DNA of 64,000 nt from Azolla caroliniana (lineage: Eukaryota; Plantae; Polypodiophyta), in the NCBI GenBank assembly GCA_043228905.1, contig JBHGNT010000003.1, positions 10,354,001-10,418,000 on the forward strand, in the 5' to 3' direction. Position 1 is the first letter of the stretch, and every line of letters begins with the position of its first letter. Of this stretch, positions 63,801 to 64,000 are shown in pieces. The position numbers were made by a program, and so were the translations under genes. The notes under the pieces were generated by a model that saw only the letters and a program-made list of their open reading frames with translations, was not told the DNA's origin and searched no databases.

Positions 63801-64000
63801 AGAGGCACCGCCTAGAGACTGATGCGGCATTGGGCCACAGACGTCCGAATGGACTAAATCGAGAGGTCTCGTTTCTCTTGGTGCTGATGTCGGGTGTGAT
63901 GCGGCTACTTGTTTGCCATACTGGCAATGCTCGCAGAATTGATGGTCCGAGAAGGAGAGTTTGGGGATGTATCCGGCGCTAGATAGGTGCGTGATGCCGG
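60844..64000 (-). mobile_element. Copia element A4; 3' LTR 60844-61120; runs off the window end
   Basis: LTR is the reverse complement of the A3 LTR; PPT; pol open to the window edge. Confidence 0.96.
61314..64000 (-). CDS. Copia gag-pol (A4), partial: IN-RT-RNase H
   Basis: Nearly identical to the A3 polyprotein; 5' part lies outside the window. Confidence 0.93.
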   Translation of the reverse strand, partial: GITHLSSAGYIPKLSFSDHQFCEHCQYGKQVAASHPTSAPRETRPLDLVHSDVCGPMPHQSLGGASYFVSFIDDSTRKVWAYPIRTKDRVFSIFTDWLAMVENQTDRKLKCLRTDNGGEFKSDEFVKFCRQRGIRREFTAPHSPEQNGIAERMNRTIQERIVSMLQHSGLSDGFWAEALLTAVHIINMSPSRPLGLQIPQELWIGSKPNYDKLRIFGCEAYALIPKDDRRKLAPRSRKCIFLGYGSDGEMGYRLWDPECRQIVRSSDVVFNESAMNPSVEKPIEVRRVTFSDVPTLQEGPALNTRSASRVAEPYTTDSDNSDSAQPNDSVSDHPTSIPDATSPIIPRRSERLSQPPERYSPGIFFTDAGEPTSYEEASTSVDSATWHLAMESEMHSIRANKTWDLVELPRNRRALPCKWVYRLKETSDSTTPKYKARLVAKGFRQEYGVDFDEIFSPVVKMTTLRLLLGVVAADNLELIQLDVKTAFLHGDLEEEIYMEQPKGFVATGQEHLVCRLRKSLYGLKQAPRQWYKKFDDFIQSIGFSKSDEDHCLFTNTARDGSPIFLIIYVDDMLISGRHAGELADLVRQLRLKFAMKDLGPARHILGMKISRHRNKRHLFLSQTDYIGRVLERFNMQSAKSASTPLPMNLRLSQRDCPTSGSEGEDMKSVPYAPAVGSLMYLMVATRPDISHAVGVVSRFMHNPGRSHWNAVKHVFRYLAGTKDHGILFGPNRTSGVVGYTDSDFAGCIDSRKSTTGYCFKFGNGAISWKSKLQECTATSTTEAEYVAASDAAKEALWLGRLAHTFRQVEHDSAPVVYSDSQGAVALSKNPVHHNASKHIDVRYHFVRDCVISGKIGLEKISTTDNVADGMTKCLSADRFRSLRHQMGVTTNQSG

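Overview
Plant nuclear heterochromatin-type window made almost entirely of nested LTR retrotransposons. It holds four near-identical young Copia elements (three complete, each with matching LTRs, a 5-bp TSD and an intact gag-pol ORF), older degenerate Copia elements nested up to four deep, and one intact Tcn1/sushi-type chromovirus. It also holds a tRNA-Trp-primed Gypsy with 4-bp TSDs (Phygy/Selgy-like), a truncated Gypsy with an internally deleted relative, and solo or partial LTRs. The only host genes form a tandem array (unit about 1.6 kb) of intronless, secreted, extremely Arg/Glu/Asp-rich 2S-albumin-like (prolamin superfamily) storage-protein genes. One ORF is intact (28412-29197) and three copies are pseudogenised or interrupted, and the array carries an RY plus G-box 'seed maturation' promoter. 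The retrotransposon clades point to a seed-free land plant (inference), which would make this a candidate spore storage-protein system with seed-type regulation. Cis-signals read directly from the sequence include a self-priming PBS, two -1 frameshift cassettes, antisense tRNA-like A/B boxes and RY clusters inside LTRs, and palindromic TATA boxes. All coordinates were counted by hand and no database searches were run.
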